Shown here piece after piece: positions 35,450 to 36,845 of a stretch of 36,845 nt of DNA (positions are counted from its first letter, which is position 1; the number at the start of each line of letters is the position of its first letter). The stretch covers positions 1 through 36,845 of the forward strand of contig CATMOE010000037.1 in the NCBI GenBank assembly GCA_950072105.1, in the 5' to 3' direction. The notes under the pieces were generated by a model. That model was not told where the DNA came from. It saw only the letters and a program-made list of their open reading frames with translations, and searched no databases. The DNA is from an uncultured Dehalococcoidia bacterium (lineage in GTDB: Bacteria; Chloroflexota; Dehalococcoidia; Lucifugimonadales; UBA3495). The translations under genes were made by a program, and so were the position numbers.

Positions 35450-35527
35450 AATGGTAACCATCGCTTCGTTCTGCCCAACCGAATTGAATCTTGCATCCTT
35501 TCCGGCACACGGCAAAGGACAATCCCG

Positions 35528-36034
35528 GTGATTTACTCTTGGGCGCCCTCCTTAGAGGTCGAACTATTCTTCGAAGATCGGACCTTCACGCTGGGGAATA
35601 CGATCGATGTCAGGGTGGCACTCAACGCTAAACGTGATGTAATCGTGAGGCAAGGCCGCGTTGACCTTGTCTACGAAGTGCGGTGGGTTGCGCTGGACAC
35701 CGTGCATCAGCCGATGGTCCGGTTGAGCCGCCCCGGTCCGGGTGGGCACATGATGAGTTCATACGCGTTGAGGGTCCCTACAAAGAAGATAGTGGAGCAC
35801 AAACACTCTTACGTTCTGGGCAGCGCCGGATTCCTTGAGCGCACGCGTCTGGAGGCTCATATGGACGGCGGCTATAATGTTCAGATAACGATTCATAACG
35901 ATGATCCGCCGTATGCCTTTATAAAAGGGGCGTCAATAACATGGAGTCTTGTCGCTATATTTGACGTTGCCCGGGCCGTCGACGTCAAAATGAGTAGGGG
36001 CTTGAAAGTAGCATTCACTCCGACTGGAGCCTGA
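35528..36034 (+). CDS. Hypothetical protein, possibly arrestin-N/SpoOM-like beta-sandwich
   Basis: Pattern F..G.TI.V.V.L....DV.VR..RV.L ... PP......I.W.L....DV.R..D; RBS AAAGGA. Confidence 0.55.
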   Translation: MIYSWAPSLEVELFFEDRTFTLGNTIDVRVALNAKRDVIVRQGRVDLVYEVRWVALDTVHQPMVRLSRPGPGGHMMSSYALRVPTKKIVEHKHSYVLGSAGFLERTRLEAHMDGGYNVQITIHNDDPPYAFIKGASITWSLVAIFDVARAVDVKMSRGLKVAFTPTGA

Positions 36035-36109
36035 AGACCGGACCACGCCAGCCGGATAAAAGACCTAAATGCCGGGAAGACGCCTGCTTGGTGACGACCG
36101 GAGATACAG

Positions 36110-36553
36110 ATGAGTGGAGAGAGGCCGATGTCCGATGCTATCGAACAAGCAAAGGCGTCCTTCAACCGATGGAATACCGCGTTTAACGCCCGGGATATGG
36201 ACGCGATGGTCGCGGAGATGCACTTCCCGCATAGAAGACTGTCCGGGGATAATGAGTTCCAGGTGTGGCGGACCGAGGACGATTTTCGCGCTACCCGTGG
36301 CGACAATACGACCGCATCCCTTAACGCTCAGGCATGGGACCACACCGCGACAACTTCCATTGAGGCCGCGCAATCAGGGGCGGACAAAGTGCATCTAGTG
36401 ATAAATCAGTCGAGGCACCGGGCTGATGGCTCCGAGTACAACGCATTCCCGACGCTTTGGATCTTCACCAAGATCAACGAACGCTGGGGAGTTCAGTTCC
36501 GCTCGTCGTTTCTCGCAGAACCCGTGCCCCCAGCCGGAAACGTTTCGGAATAA
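36110..36553 (+). CDS. NTF2/SnoaL-like domain protein
   Basis: FN.W..AFNARD......MHFPH.R, W.HT, KVH, T.....WG.Q.RSS. Start may be 36128. Confidence 0.75.
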   Translation: MSGERPMSDAIEQAKASFNRWNTAFNARDMDAMVAEMHFPHRRLSGDNEFQVWRTEDDFRATRGDNTTASLNAQAWDHTATTSIEAAQSGADKVHLVINQSRHRADGSEYNAFPTLWIFTKINERWGVQFRSSFLAEPVPPAGNVSE

Positions 36554-36593
36554 CGCTGGCTTATTACCCATGGCTTCCCTGTTAGGCGATAGC

Positions 36594-36845
36594 TCAGACG
36601 CTGTGGACCTCTATCCGTGAGACCTTCCCCGCTTCTCCTTTGCCCTTGTGTATCTGAACTTCAACTTCGCCGTCCGAGGAGTCGACGTTGAAATAAGGGA
36701 CGCACTTGTCTTCCACATAAGCCCGGACGATTATCTCCGTGTACCCTTCGTCCTGGCTGGGAGTCGGGGAGTTGAACAGTTTTATCTTGGTGCCGGGCTG
36801 CACTTCCAGCAACGTGCACGACAGGGCTTCTCCATCGGGTATGGG
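36594..36845 (-). CDS. C-terminal part of a protein, possibly a beta/gamma-crystallin-like domain (partial)
   Basis: Frame open to the window edge: DGEALSCTL...GT.I.LFNSP....DEGYTEI.V ... GKVSRIEV*. Confidence 0.55.
   Translation of the reverse strand, partial: PIPDGEALSCTLLEVQPGTKIKLFNSPTPSQDEGYTEIIVRAYVEDKCVPYFNVDSSDGEVEVQIHKGKGEAGKVSRIEVHSV

Noticed and set aside
1..36845. tRNA, rRNA or known riboswitch
   Set aside because: None recognised by eye in the intergenic regions; a covariance-model scan is needed to exclude them formally.

Overview
GC-rich bacterial chromosomal region with about 33 genes. It is dominated by paralogous catabolic families: 2 LLM flavin monooxygenases, 3 enoyl-CoA hydratases, 3 family III CoA-transferase genes, amidohydrolase, M19/M20 peptidases, cyclase, VOC and dienelactone hydrolase. 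This pattern is typical of SAR202-like Chloroflexota (inference). Highlights the ORF track misses: (1) a predicted selenoprotein, a glutaredoxin-like UxxC domain fused to a DinB-like domain, with an in-frame TGA at 17696 and a SECIS-like hairpin at 17714-17732; (2) a tandemly duplicated ~150-bp non-coding unit at 1830-2230 with promoter, hairpin and terminator, probably an unannotated sRNA; (3) a frameshifted ankyrin-repeat protein ending in an RNA polymerase alpha-CTD domain; (4) REP-like palindromes, one nested in another and one supplying the only stop between two in-frame CoA-transferase genes; (5) the left end of an IS3-family element and five disrupted genes. All family calls come from motif recognition by eye; no database searches were run.
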